Made by a program: the position numbers and the translations under genes
The notes under the pieces: generated by a model
What the model was told of the DNA's origin: nothing
Databases searched by the model: none
What the model saw: the letters and a program-made list of their open reading frames with translations, nothing else
DNA from: Vitrella brassicaformis CCMP3155
Taxonomy: Eukaryota > Protista > Chromerida
Assembly (NCBI GenBank): GCA_001179505.1
Contig: CDMY01000179.1
Coordinates: forward strand, 112,911 to 176,910
Direction: 5' to 3'
Length of the DNA: 64,000 nt
In this document: positions 13,053-24,613 of the stretch, one piece after another
How the letters are laid out: each line of letters starts with the position of its first letter
How positions within the stretch are numbered: the stretch's first letter is position 1

Positions 13053-15081
13053 GCTGCGGACTGCCTGAACCAGCGCGAGCCCATCTCGTTCCCACACATC
13101 CAGGATGGCAGCCGCAGCCTTCTGTGCGCAAGACCACCGTCACCACCAGACAGCTCACCGAGCTGGCCCTGCTGTACCTGCTGTCCCACCACCATGCCAT
13201 CCGCTCCAGACGCTCCACCGACCCGGCCCTCCCTGCCGACTACGGCAAGGGGACCATCCCACCCATCCTATGGCCTGCCATCAAGGACGCGCTCCCTCCT
13301 ACACTACGTTTGCTGATGGTGAGTTCGGCGTGTGGGACGCGTCGGACCTCGACGGTGTGTTCATGACCGCCGGCACCGACAACTACGCATCCACTGTGGT
13401 AGGGCACGCACACAGACGGCGATGCCCGTGCCCAGCCATCCTGCGTGTGTGTGTGTGTGTGTCGATGTGTGTGTGTGTAGGCGGTCACTAAGCTCTTCTT
13501 TGACGGTATAGCGGAGGGCAACTTCAAGCCAACAGGGGCACACGTACTCTTCCCGTCGATCATATGGGCAGAGATGAAGGACCAGTTTAACCTCGACAGA
13601 GGTGAAAGAGACCGAAGAAGGCCACGTACAATCGCTTCCTTCCTCTCTGTGTGTGCAGTTGAGGGGACGCTGCCCTTGACTGTGGCGGGCAGTGGCGGCT
13701 CCCCTGTAGCGAAAATCTCCCCTAGGTGGGTGTAGATGACGGCCTCTGTGGCGACAGACTGACATAAGTATACGTGTGTACATTGCAGGTTGTCGTGGGT
13801 CCCGTCGTGCGTGTTGGTGCAGGAAGTCAAGAGCAAGCTCCTCTCAGGCCAGCTCCTCTCAGTCCGAGCAGGTAGTTGAGTGATCGGCAACCCGACGAAC
13901 CATTTGTATGTCTCTGTTGCTGCCTACCGCTACTCAGGGTGAAGTGGCCGTGCAGGACAAGGGTCACCTCGACAAGGTCCACCAGATCGTCATCCCGCAC
14001 GGCTGGGCCTCCCACGAGCTGGCGCGCAACGTCCTCCACTGCCTGCACTCGCCGAGATTCAAGGTTAGACGGCAAGCACCACGCAAAGCACCATCCTGTG
14101 TGTGCCACTTTGTGCTGTTGCCCAGGATGGTGAGGTGGCCCCGCTCACACCCATCCGTGAGTTGTCAAAGTATCCCAAATCCATGCAGAAGTCCATCGGT
14201 GCGGCCTGTGCAGGCACACCTAGGTACACCTAGGTACGAGAGGGGGAGTGGGGCGAGTACGGCCGTGTGCAGGGCCTCTTTCGTGAGGGAGGGCCCGCAT
14301 ACTGCCAGCTTGTACATGACCTCCAGCGAGGGGCGCTAAGGGGCAATGCTGCTGGCGGACCGCTGGCCGTCATCAACACCATCGACCCCCCCACCAGACA
14401 TCAGTCACATGGCGGCGGCTTCGTGTGTCTTCGGATCCTCGCCTTCCCGCCTGGTGCGAGCTCAGTGCTGCCCTTGCTGGCGGCCAGGACGGCAAGGACG
14501 TGCGCACCATGGCGGGAATCGAGATGGCGAGAGGCGACAATATCGACGCGATCATGCGGGAGCAGCTGGATCTGGGTGAGGAGGAGAGGCAGCTGGCGAG
14601 GGTGCTAGGCACCATCGACCTGCTGGACAAGGCCATTCATGGGATGCATGACGTGAGCAGGGGGCACATGACACAGACAGGAACGTTCTCTGGCTTCTGG
14701 CTGACTGGTGTGTGTCTTTGTTCGCTTTCTACTAGCACCAGGGCACATAATGGCTGGCTGTGTTGGGACGTGTAGTGGGGAGAGGGGACAGCGTTGCAGT
14801 TCACCTACGCCCCTGCGTGAGTGACGAGTGGGTGGCTGGCGTCTGGCTGACTGGTGTCTGTCTTTGTGTCCAGGTAGCGGTTTTTTCTGTTTGTGAGTCG
14901 CAGAGGCGCATCGAGGAGGCCGTGGTTGCTGCTGCTGTTGCCGGTTTGTCGCCAACGGACGCCATCAGCCCCGTGCAGTTGGCCGAGGAGCTTTCGCGCC
15001 CTTCGGCCTTCGTGTCGACCGACGACGAGTCGTCCAGCATCCTCATTGCTTTTCAGCGGGTTGTCCAGTGGTCATCGTTGG
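13053..15081 (+). pseudogene. Frameshifted multi-exon coding region of unknown function
   Basis: GC3-rich exons (RKTTVTTRQLTELALLYLLSHH, GEFGVWDASDLDGVFMTAG, AVTKLFFDGIAEGNFKPTG, GEVAVQDKGHLDKVHQIVIPHG, EQLDLGEEERQLARVLG) with apparent -1 frame changes near 13124, 13296 and 14478. Confidence 0.5.
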
Positions 15082-15148
15082 TAAGCGGAAAAGCGGAGAC
15101 ATCGAATCTCGCGACTACATACACTGATTTTGTCTCCGTCTTATGCAG

Positions 15149-17253
15149 ATCGATCGCTGCTTACATTTTATATCCCCAGTACCTTCATTGATCGTTTCGC
15201 GAGCATCAAGCAGCCGGCAAGGAGAGGGGCAGCATCGTCACTGGGCGCTGCAAGCCAAGTGTCTCCCCAATCAAGCAGGCGTCCTCAAAGACCTGTCCGA
15301 CCCCGGGTGGCAGCACAGGATTCAAGCAATGCCATCGGCCCTGTCGTTCTGACACGTTTCGCACGAGGAGGCAAGACTCGAACCCTGCAGAAGGTCGGCA
15401 AGTTGCTACGGGAACAAGGCATTCCCGTTTTGTTCATCACATCTTTCGATGCTACGAAGATCAAAGACGACGAGCGGCACAGCATACGACGAGGCGGAGC
15501 TCCTCTGCGACGCATATGAGGTAATGCACTGCACTGCACTGCACAGAGAGAGGAAGGGAGAGAGGGAGGGTTGGAGAAAGGCCCCTTTGCAGTGATGGGA
15601 TCTCACTTTGTGTGTTGAGTGGATGTGCCTCACAGAAAGGTGCCGAGGAGAAGGTCTGTGCGTTGGCTTATTGGCTGCCGGCGATGTTCGAGAGGTATAG
15701 AGCGCGCAAAGACGTCACAGAGGTCTTCAAGGTGAGTCAGCCACACACATCAGAGGGGAGACAGACAGACGACACCGCCCCCTCCCCTTTGTGTGTCCGC
15801 CGTGTAGATTGACCACCCGTTTCTGTCGGTGTTGATGGCGGACGAGCGCCTCAAGTCGAGGCGCTCGTGTACGCCAAAAAGGCCATTGGACACGTGGCCA
15901 GCCGCACCACCGCGGAAACGCACAACAAAGAGGTAACTGCGGCACATCGAGACACCATCCTGCATATCTGGATGACTACTGGAGTATGAGAGCCACGGCG
16001 CTCTTCGTGCTTTTCCTGTCGTCCGGTTGTGCTGCCCTCGACCTCAAGCCGCTATTCTTCATCCGAAAGGGGATGATGGAGGCCTATCAGGAGAAGGGGG
16101 AATGAGAACAGCGGCCAATGGAGCGCCGGGAGGTAAACACATGTGGCGGAAGCCGCATTATCTTAGCCACATATGATATGTCTCTTTGGGTCTGTCGATA
16201 GGGCCTGGCCGCCCTAATTGCTGCCTGCATTTCATATCTCGAGGTCTTTACTCTCATTTCATGAGCCGCCCACGTCAAGAAGTGCGAGCGATCCAGGTAA
16301 TTTGCTGTCTGATGTAGAGGGGGTCAGGGGCTGTGATCTCTGTGTGTGCACATGTGTTTGGTGCAGGTGAGGGTGTCTAATTCCCTGGCCTCCGGAGAGC
16401 AGGTGGATAACGACGATAACGACTCTCGCAGCCACATCGCATGCCAATTGAAGGGGGCAAGGAGGGCGATGAGGATGAGGACGAGTTGGTGGAGTATGCA
16501 GCTGTCAGCGACAACCTCTGGCGGTACCACCAGGTCAGCGACGAGGTCCGGGAGGCCGCATTTGGCCCACTTCGTGCCACAGCCATCGGCCAACCTGCAG
16601 CCGACCGCCGCCGAGAGGGCCGCCGTCGAGGAGCCGCTGAGAGGCCATGAGCTGCTGATGTGGACGCGACTGATCGAGGACGAGAGCCAGCTGCTCCACC
16701 GTCTCGGCAGCCAGCTGAGAGGTCCCGCTCTGCTGGCCAGGGGGTTCGTGAGTCCCGACGACCCCGTCACACTCACTGTCCTGCCACCCAAGGACAAGAC
16801 CTCCAGCTGCCGTGACGAGGAGGAGGCCGCAGGAGCGACGACGACGCTCAAGCTATCGGGCCGTACTTCGCTGTGGAGACCCTCAGTAAGCTCAAGATAC
16901 AGAGATGGGGAGGGAGGGAGGGAGGGAGGGAGGGAGGACGAGGAAGGACGGAAGGAAGGAATGTGCCCGAATGAACATCACGTGTGTGTGTTCCTGTTGT
17001 TGGTGTGTGCGTCTCTTCTGTCAGAGTTGGACGGCGAGGGCGCCCCCAGCCTGGGCGAGGTCACCGCGGCGCGACCGGCGCTCAATGCAGCCCGCTACAC
17101 CGACACACCACTCGAGCCCCCCAACCTCTACGTACGGTCCGGGCGGCGGCAAGAAGCTCAAGCCGTCCCTGATGCCCGCATTCGCCGCCACCACCCGTCG
17201 CGCCATCCACCCGGCGAGAATGGGCCTCGGCGAGAGAGTCAGATTCCGGAAAT
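15149..17253 (+). pseudogene. Frameshifted P-loop NTPase gene (Crinkler/CR-NTPase-like)
   Basis: Walker A-like GPVVLTRFARGGKT (RFARGGKT at 15355-15378) followed by strand PVLFITSF. Walker B-like VLMADE at 15829-15846. Premature stop at 15517-15519 and frame changes near 15855, 15970, 16453, 16563 and 17130. Confidence 0.55.
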
Positions 17254-17537
17254 GTGTGAATAAGGCGAAGAGGAATACACTGAGAAGCAACGTACGTAGC
17301 AGACAAGGTGGATGTTCATCTGTGTGTTGAATGTGTGTTTGCTTACCAGGCTGAGCAGGGGCGGCGCTTACTTCTCTTCTATCTGTTTGCGGGAGCCCTT
17401 CTTCGGGCGTGGCTGGGCGGCAACCTGCTGGTCACTTCCGGCGGTACCATGGTGATCCTCGGTATCAAAGTGGGCAACAAGGAGGCGAAGGACAACTCGC
17501 TGTGTTGACTGTCTGTCTGTCTGTCTGTGTCTCTCAG

Positions 17538-17839
17538 GGGGTACGTTTCCTCTCCCCATGGTGCGCAAGATGAATGAGCTGGGCCTCCAGCTGGCCGAGG
17601 AGCAGCGGCAGCATCTTCTGCAGCAGTGGCGCATTTATCTGACGGCCCCCCCGCAGCTGTCGTTCCACACGCCCGCCTACATATCGGTGCCTCACCTCCA
17701 TCTGCATGTGCTGGTGCCCCCATTCGCCCACGGCAAGGAGCGCAAGCACGACCTGCGTGAATGGGCGCGTGTGGAGAGTATCGACAGGGTGAAAGCCCGT
17801 CTGGAGCGAGAGCAACAGTCTGTGAGTAGTATTGGGTGA
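17538..17839 (+). CDS. HIT-family (HINT3/aprataxin-like) domain exon; N-terminal part not resolved
   Basis: SFHTPAYISVPHLHLHVL contains the HxHxH triad (17693-17707). CAG acceptor at 17535-17537. Confidence 0.6.
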
Positions 17840-18066
17840 GGTGCCGGGACACACAGGGGTAGGTCGCCTGTCATCATGTCTCTTGTGGTCATTTGTGCCT
17901 GTGGTTACGTATGTGCGTATGTGCGTGTAGCGGAGTGGGCCAGAGTGGCCAGCTGGGCAGCGCCGCCGATCGCGACGTCGAGTACCAGCGTCGCAACTTT
18001 GTCCTAAACGTGGGTTCCACCTTAGCACCCACTCACCCCACAGATTTATAAGTGTATGTGTCACTC

Positions 18067-18101
<35 letters not shown>

Positions 18102-18713
18102 ATGTGTTGGTTGACCAGACCGACGGAGGGGCCCCAACCCGGACAGATTCTCCATCCCGCCTCCCGTCGGCTACTTCTCACGCCCCCAGCGCCGACCATC
18201 ACCAAATCCCCCCCTGACACCAAGAAGAGACAGAGCTGGTACGTACGTGGGTCCGTGACTGCATCACATGTACGTATGTATAACTTTGTTGTTCGTCCCG
18301 TGTTTGTGTTTGTCTTTGTGTTCGCAGGGGTGGAGGCAAGGCGACGTGCTGCCGCTCTCCCCAACCACAGGAGGTACGTACAGCCATCCATTCATTTCAC
18401 TCCCTCTCATTGATTGTGCGTTTTGGATGTCCGAAGGACTGGCAGCTGCTCGTCAAGGACAAGGACCGGCGCAGGAAGGAGCCCATGACCAGGCGGTAGC
18501 TGGAATGGATGGTGCGTACGCATATATGTATGTTTGTATCTGTGTAGGCAAGGAGTCGCACATACCAGACAGACAGACAGACCCACACGCTAGACATGCG
18601 TCATGGATGCGTGGGTTCCTGCATGTGCTGTGCTGTGTGCAGGCCGTTGAGAACAGGGGACGCACCCGTCATCTTCGGCAGGTCCCCACGGCCACCATCC
18701 CGAGCTGACCTTC

Positions 18714-19186
18714 GAGGGCAGCCCGCACACCGCAGGATGGGATCGGTCAGAGAGGCGGAGATCAAGAAGGCCTGTGCATGTAGCCCGGGATGGGGTCAAT
18801 CGGTCGCCGACGACAAGACAAAGGAACAGCAAGGGGCCTTCGTGGGAAGGGTTAGCCCACACAAACACATTCTGCAGCAGATCAACCGTCTCTTAGTGTC
18901 TCTCCCTGCAGATCGCTGCCGACATTTTATATTTGCGGATGTTTTTTTCTCTACTTGGAATACGCACGACGACGACCATCGTGCTCAGCTGCCCACGAGG
19001 AGAGGGACAATAAGGGAGTTCAACCCAACAAGCGATAAGGGAGACCGGTGAGGTACGTAAGTGATGTATGTATCTTAAGATATTGTCGTCCATGTGTGGG
19101 CAGCGACGCCCGTGTGTCTTTGACGGCCGTGTGTGCGCCGCAGGCGTCGGATCCGACTCCCGCGGACCAGTCAGAGGCCGCCGCCG
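18714..19186 (+). repeat. Duplicated segment, copy A (about 470 bp)
   Basis: Near-identical to 20986-21441, including exon and intron sequence and motif copy 3. Confidence 0.9.
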
Positions 19187-19819
19187 GGCGTAACAGCGTG
19201 GAAGGCGGTGGGATGGCTGTGGATCGCGCTTGGGTGCATCGCGGCGGCTGTAGTGATCCTCTACCTGCCGCACACGTGGATTCAACCAGTGGGGTCCCGA
19301 GCTCAGGGAAGATGGCGACACGTACGAATATATCTCTACAACACATACAGGGATAGATCACGTGTCGACACTGAGGTGTGTGTTGGCTCTCCTTTCCATT
19401 CGACAGGTTGTTTGTGAGCAAGTTCGGTGACGACGTGTCCACCAAAGACTCACCCGACCCGCCGCCACCTGCGAGCACGCTCCCACCCGACACTTTCTTG
19501 CCCTGCTCGCCGTCCACGCTGCCCGGCTGCTTTTTCAGGCTGTTAGGCGTAGGTGGTACGAAATGAGAGACACAGCACAACTTGATCGACGTAATGTTGC
19601 CCGTCTCCTGTCGCTTAGACTCTCAATCATCGCTGACTGCATTTTATATTTGGGACACTTTTCTGCACACGATGACGACTCCCTGCCGCATCTTCACGCC
19701 CCTTCCTCAGCCCATTCGTCACCCAGCTCATCCAGAGCTTCCTTCAGCGTTAGCAGCAGCAGCAGCAGCACCAGCAGCCCACCCCCTCCCGCCCTCTCCT
19801 CCCTGCCATCAGCGGCCCG

Positions 19820-20887
19820 GTGTCGCCGGCATACACGGCTGGAGCTGATATGCGTGTGTCGTCTGTCTCCGTCCCTGCGCCCGTGCCCAGCTGCGACGGT
19901 CGAGGACCTCTGCCAATCGTGGCCAACGGAAGCCAAGGAGGCCAGGTCGACGTCAATGAGGACCGTGTGGTGACCGTGATAGTGCCCCAGCCCCTCCTGC
20001 CGTCCCCCGTTGCTGCGCCTGCATCCGTCGGTGTGCCGGCTGCGGCGATCGGTGTGCCACAGCCACAGCAGCACCAGGGGCCATCACAGCGGCAGCATGA
20101 GGGCGTACTGCCCACACCGCCGGCCTCATCCCGAATCCGATCACTCCCCCCGTCGCCACCACAGGGCGTTTTTGGGGGTCCTGTTGTGTCGAACGGGGCT
20201 GGCGCTGCTGGTATGGGGATACCCGAGCGTTCCCCTGTCTCCCCGTCCCCGCCCCCGCGTGAGCCTCCAGCGTACGTCAGTCAGCCACGCGATGACGACC
20301 ATCCCCACATTCGCCCACGTCTGCCGATGACATCTGTCGGTGCGCCTCCCCCACTGTTCGCCCACCGCCCTGCCATCCCCCCCGCCGGCAGGCCGTCCAT
20401 TCCCCCACCACCCAGCAACTGCGGCCTGGGCGTGCCTCACCCTTCCCCACTCCTACCCCAGCCCCCATCACCACCACTCTCTCCTTCGATGGTGGACAAG
20501 GACAACGCCTGGAGCCCAACCGCAAGAGGTGGGGGGATGCCCCGCTTCGGGCCTGACAGCAGGGACATGTCGGTGCCACAGCCACAGCAGCACCAGCAGC
20601 CATCACAGCGGCAGCATGAGGGCATACTGCCCACACCGCCGACCTCTATCCAGATTTTGCCGCCCCCACAAGCCCGACCACTCCCTCCGCCCCCGCCACA
20701 GCCACAGCCCACGCCCAAAAAGATCATGCCCCGATCACCACCCGCCCCATCACCCGGTGCCCACCAGCCCCCTCACCACCACCAGCACCACCACCGAGGA
20801 CCCCCACCCCCACGACGAGGCCGAGGGGGCCGCCCACCGCCCGGCTCGTACTGGCGGCCTGTGCGCGTACATTGGGGGATTTCATGA
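19820..20887 (+). CDS. Proline-rich hypothetical protein
   Basis: 355-codon ORF with internal repeat VPQPQQHQxPSQRQHEGxLPTPP (twice); has a paralogous segment near 22330-22475. Confidence 0.45.
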   Translation: MSPAYTAGADMRVSSVSVPAPVPSCDGRGPLPIVANGSQGGQVDVNEDRVVTVIVPQPLLPSPVAAPASVGVPAAAIGVPQPQQHQGPSQRQHEGVLPTPPASSRIRSLPPSPPQGVFGGPVVSNGAGAAGMGIPERSPVSPSPPPREPPAYVSQPRDDDHPHIRPRLPMTSVGAPPPLFAHRPAIPPAGRPSIPPPPSNCGLGVPHPSPLLPQPPSPPLSPSMVDKDNAWSPTARGGGMPRFGPDSRDMSVPQPQQHQQPSQRQHEGILPTPPTSIQILPPPQARPLPPPPPQPQPTPKKIMPRSPPAPSPGAHQPPHHHQHHHRGPPPPRRGRGGRPPPGSYWRPVRVHWGIS

Positions 20888-20985
20888 GGGCGGTGAGGCG
20901 AGGCGGTAATCAGCACAGAAGGGAGATGAGGCTGAAGCGCCGGGAGGAGGAGCAGGAGAGGAGGGCGGGAGGCGAGGGGGAAGGA

Positions 20986-21441
20986 GAGGGCAGCCCGCAC
21001 ACGGCAGGATGCGATCGGTCATCAAGAAGGCGTGTGCATGTATCCCGGGATGGGGTCAATCGGTCGCCGACGACAAGACAAAGGAACAGCAAGGGGCCTT
21101 CGTGGGAAGGGTCAGCCCACACAAACACATTCTGCAGCAGATCAACGGTCTCTTCGAGTCTCTCCCTGCAGATCGCTGCCGACATTTTATATTTGCGGAT
21201 GTTTTTTCTCTACTTGGAATACGCACGACGACGACCATCGTGCTCAGCTGCCCACGAGGAGAGGGACAATAAGGGAGTTCAACCCAACAAGCGATAAGGA
21301 AGACCAATGAGGTACGTAAGTGATGTATCTTAAGATACTGTCATCCATTTGTGGGCAGCGACGCCCGTGTGTCTTTGACGGCCGTGTGTGCGCCGCAGGC
21401 GTTGGATCCGACTCCCGCAGACCAGTCAGACGCCGCCGCCG
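20986..21441 (+). repeat. Duplicated segment, copy B (about 455 bp)
   Basis: Near-identical to 18714-19186; T6 here versus T7 in copy A just after the motif. Confidence 0.9.
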
Positions 21442-21930
21442 CAGGTGTTGTTGATGCCTACAGTCGAATGCCGCAGCCGGGCCTTGGTGCGCAGACTTTC
21501 TCTTTGCTGCTTAAAGCAAACGGGCGTGTTGGCCGGCCTGCTGCAGTGGGACAAGGAGCAGGAGCAAACTCTCTGAACAAGAAAGTTCCCCTCGTCCAAC
21601 AAGGTGGACTATCTCTCTCAAGCCCCAATTGAAGGCCAGAGTGAAGGCCAGAGTCATCGAATTAAAGGCCGCATCGTTTAGAAGCCTGATATCCGCCTTT
21701 ATGTCAATATCGTCTTACACTCGGAGCAAAAAGTCAATATCGAAAATAATCAATATCGCCAACAACGCCTTTTCCATCCTCCTCGTCATTGGACGTCGTC
21801 GAGGAGCAGGGGGTCGATTGTTGGTCGCTGTCAGCTTGGTGGCGCTAGGTCAAGATCGGGGTGAGGCGTTGGAGGATCACACCAGGTGGTGGCTGACACT
21901 GTCTCGCTGCTGTCATCTTGATTCATCAGG

Positions 21931-23215
21931 TTGGTGTGGCGTCCATTCATCGCTGTCTACATTTTATATGCCTCGGGCCCCTATCTCTCAACAACGCGCT
22001 GTCGGTGCTACTTGCTCTGTGAGGCTCAGAGGAAAGACAATAGCTGCGGACCCACGCCGCCTTCAATCCCCCTCACACAGCTGCACCAGCCCCCTTGTGT
22101 CTCCAGCCGCACCAGCCCCCTGCACGACATAAGGGGGCCAGCAAGGCAAGGCCGCCACAGAGGCTCGAGGACGACCCCCGCATTCAGAGGGCCGTGTTGT
22201 GGCCCTGGGGCGGGCATGGCCTGGCAGCCACCTGTGCCACCATCAAGACCTGCTGCCACTGCTGGACGACCGCCACCGGCACCTCCCGTCCTGCTGGTGC
22301 ATTCGTCACTGGCACCGTCTGTGGCAGCTGGACCTGATATGCATGTGTCGTCCGCCGCCGTCCCTGCGGCCATGCCCAGCGAGAGTCGAGGACCTCTACC
22401 AATGGCGGCCAACGGGAGCCTAGGGGGCCAGCTCAAGGTAAATGAGGACCGTGTGGTGACTGTGATCGTGCCCGCTCCATCGGCAGGCCGTCCATTCCCC
22501 GTCAGATGATTCCTCAGCAGCAGCCCGGGATCGTCCCTCCTCCACCACCCAGCAGCTGCGGCCTGGGCGTGCCCACCCTACCGGCACCGCAACTCGGCCT
22601 CCTGGTACTCAAGATCAACCACAGGCACGGCTACAAGTGCAAGGACGTGCCCGACAAGATGGTCCGAGGCAGCTGCCGCCATCGATGGCGGACGGATGGC
22701 GATGACGGAGCAACAGCGCCAGCACACCCTCGGCAAGTGCAGTGGAGGGACTGAAGAAGCGGCCGGACCTCATCGGAGACTTTGTTCAAGATCCTCGATT
22801 CATGCTGGAGCTCAAGACTCCCACACCACCGACCACACCACCTGTGGAAGGACAGACAACGACGACAACGACGACAACGACCACCACCAGCAGCAACAGC
22901 AGCAACAGCAGGGAGGCGGCAGACCAACTGGCGCGGCCACTGCACATGGATCGCGGCCCACCCCCCAATCCTACTGTGTCGTCGACACAGCCGTCATCAG
23001 CCCACCACCAGCTGCTGCTGGTGCCGGTGATGGTGCCGAGGTCAGTGCCGTTGACTTGGACACCGAGGGAGGGCAGGATGTGCACATCGGGGGCGAGGAG
23101 GAGCAGCCTCCAGCAGGAGGCGCAGCAGCAACCGCCCAGCCTGCAGGAGCGACCGGAGGGGGAGGGGAAAGGACCTGCCAGTAGCGGCGTAAGTATGTCG
23201 TTTAGCTTGAGGTAA
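21931..23215 (+). pseudogene. Decayed paralogue of the Pro-rich ORF plus downstream coding-like fragments
   Basis: DMHVSSAAVPAAMPSESRGPLPMAANGSLGGQLKVNEDRVVTVIVP aligns to DMRVSSVSVPAPVPSCDGRGPLPIVANGSQGGQVDVNEDRVVTVIVP. The ORF is broken into 21931-22509, 22506-22754 and 22742-23215. Confidence 0.4.
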
Positions 23216-23389
23216 AGCTGCGCGAATCTACAGCGCTGCCGTTAGGTAATGGACAGTTCCAAAGCTGCGCATTTCTTTCTGTTCTCGCTTTTTGAACAGT
23301 TGTGGCCAGAGAGACGCGTCTTCGAATTGTGGCAGACACGGATGTTACACGGCACAAGAGCCATCAGAAGAGCCTCCTCTACCTCATAG

Positions 23390-23431
23390 TGCGCGTGCAG
23401 GCACCTGAACATTCAGGTGCCTGCACGCGCA
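23390..23431. repeat. Perfect 20-bp inverted repeat (hairpin/palindrome)
   Basis: TGCGCGTGCAGGCACCTGAA-CA-TTCAGGTGCCTGCACGCGCA. Confidence 0.95.
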
Positions 23432-23760
23432 GACAAGGCACAGATAAGCAACACACATGAAAGGACACTCTGTTTTGCCATTTGGCAGATCGACTGGCTC
23501 CTCCCTTCCGTGTTGTTGAAGCTAGCAAACATCTACTAGAAAGCCCACAATCTGTCTATGTGTCGGTTATCGCTTGACAACGCAAAAAGGCAAGTAGCGG
23601 CGTAAGTGTTAGCATGTGCGGCAGAAAGGCGACAAAGGCACCAGCGGCAGAGGCAGGGAGGGGCAAGGGCAAGAAGGACAAGGCGGCCAAATTGCATGCC
23701 ATCCACTCGGTCAGCGCGCTCACACAAACACACACACACACACACGCACTGACCTCGTGA

Positions 23761-24613
23761 ATGCACGCTCGTTGCTCTAACAGGCGCTTGAGAGGGTTCG
23801 AAAGGGAACCGGCACACCCGCACCCGCACGTGCGCCGCCCCCACCCGGCCGTGCAGCCTCGTCCGTGTCGTCTCCACCCATGGACGTTTCCCGGGGCACG
23901 TCGTCTCCAGTCTGGATGCGGAGAGGGAGAGGGAGATGAGGAGAGGCCGGCCGAGTCGCCACGAGAGGCTGAGGGCGAGGGTGAGGCTGCCGCAGCGGGT
24001 GAGGCCGAGCCACCTGCCCAGATTGGCGAGGAGGCGGAGCAGCCAGAGGCTCAGGAGGCCGCAGGGGAGGCCGCTGCGGAGGACATCGAGGTCACGGCCA
24101 CATCACTGTCGCGGGATGGGGCGTACCTCAACCCCCAATTCTCGCGACAGACTATGGTGCTCTCCCGAAAGTGCAGGAGGCCGCAGGGGAGTGGGAGGTC
24201 GCAGGGGATGGAGAGGCGTGATGATTGGCAGCGCTATCCGAGCGATGAAGTGCGGCATTGCCGGCCCATGCCGTCGCCGTGCGCGTCGGCTCCGGGCTCA
24301 AGTTCTTCAAGATACATTGGACCTCCTGCTGGAGCAGAAGGTCCTTGAGCTTTCAGCCGACGTCGTCCGGATGTCAATGGCTGCAATCGATAAGCTGTCC
24401 GACATGACGGTTTCAGCGGCAGCGGTGAGGATCAGCCATCTGCCCCCGCTCCCTCACCGGCCACCGACCAAGCCACAGCCCGGGATGAGGCGGCGACCGT
24501 CGCTCAAGAACCCAGCACACCATCGCCCACACCACCTACCGACCAAGAGATGGCCGCAGCGGAACCGCGGCCCTCTCTTGAGATCCCACGGGAGCTTCTG
24601 TGGAACATCTTAA
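23761..24613 (+). pseudogene. Acidic Glu/Ala-rich hypothetical coding region, frame discontinuous
   Basis: EEAEQPEAQEAAGEAAAEDIEV in one frame and QDTLDLLLEQKVLELSADVVRMS in another. Confidence 0.3.

Noticed and set aside
14690-14872. Roughly 30-nt direct duplication (CTGGCTGACTGGTGT..GTCTTTGT) within one intron
   Set aside because: Local intronic duplication with no evident function.
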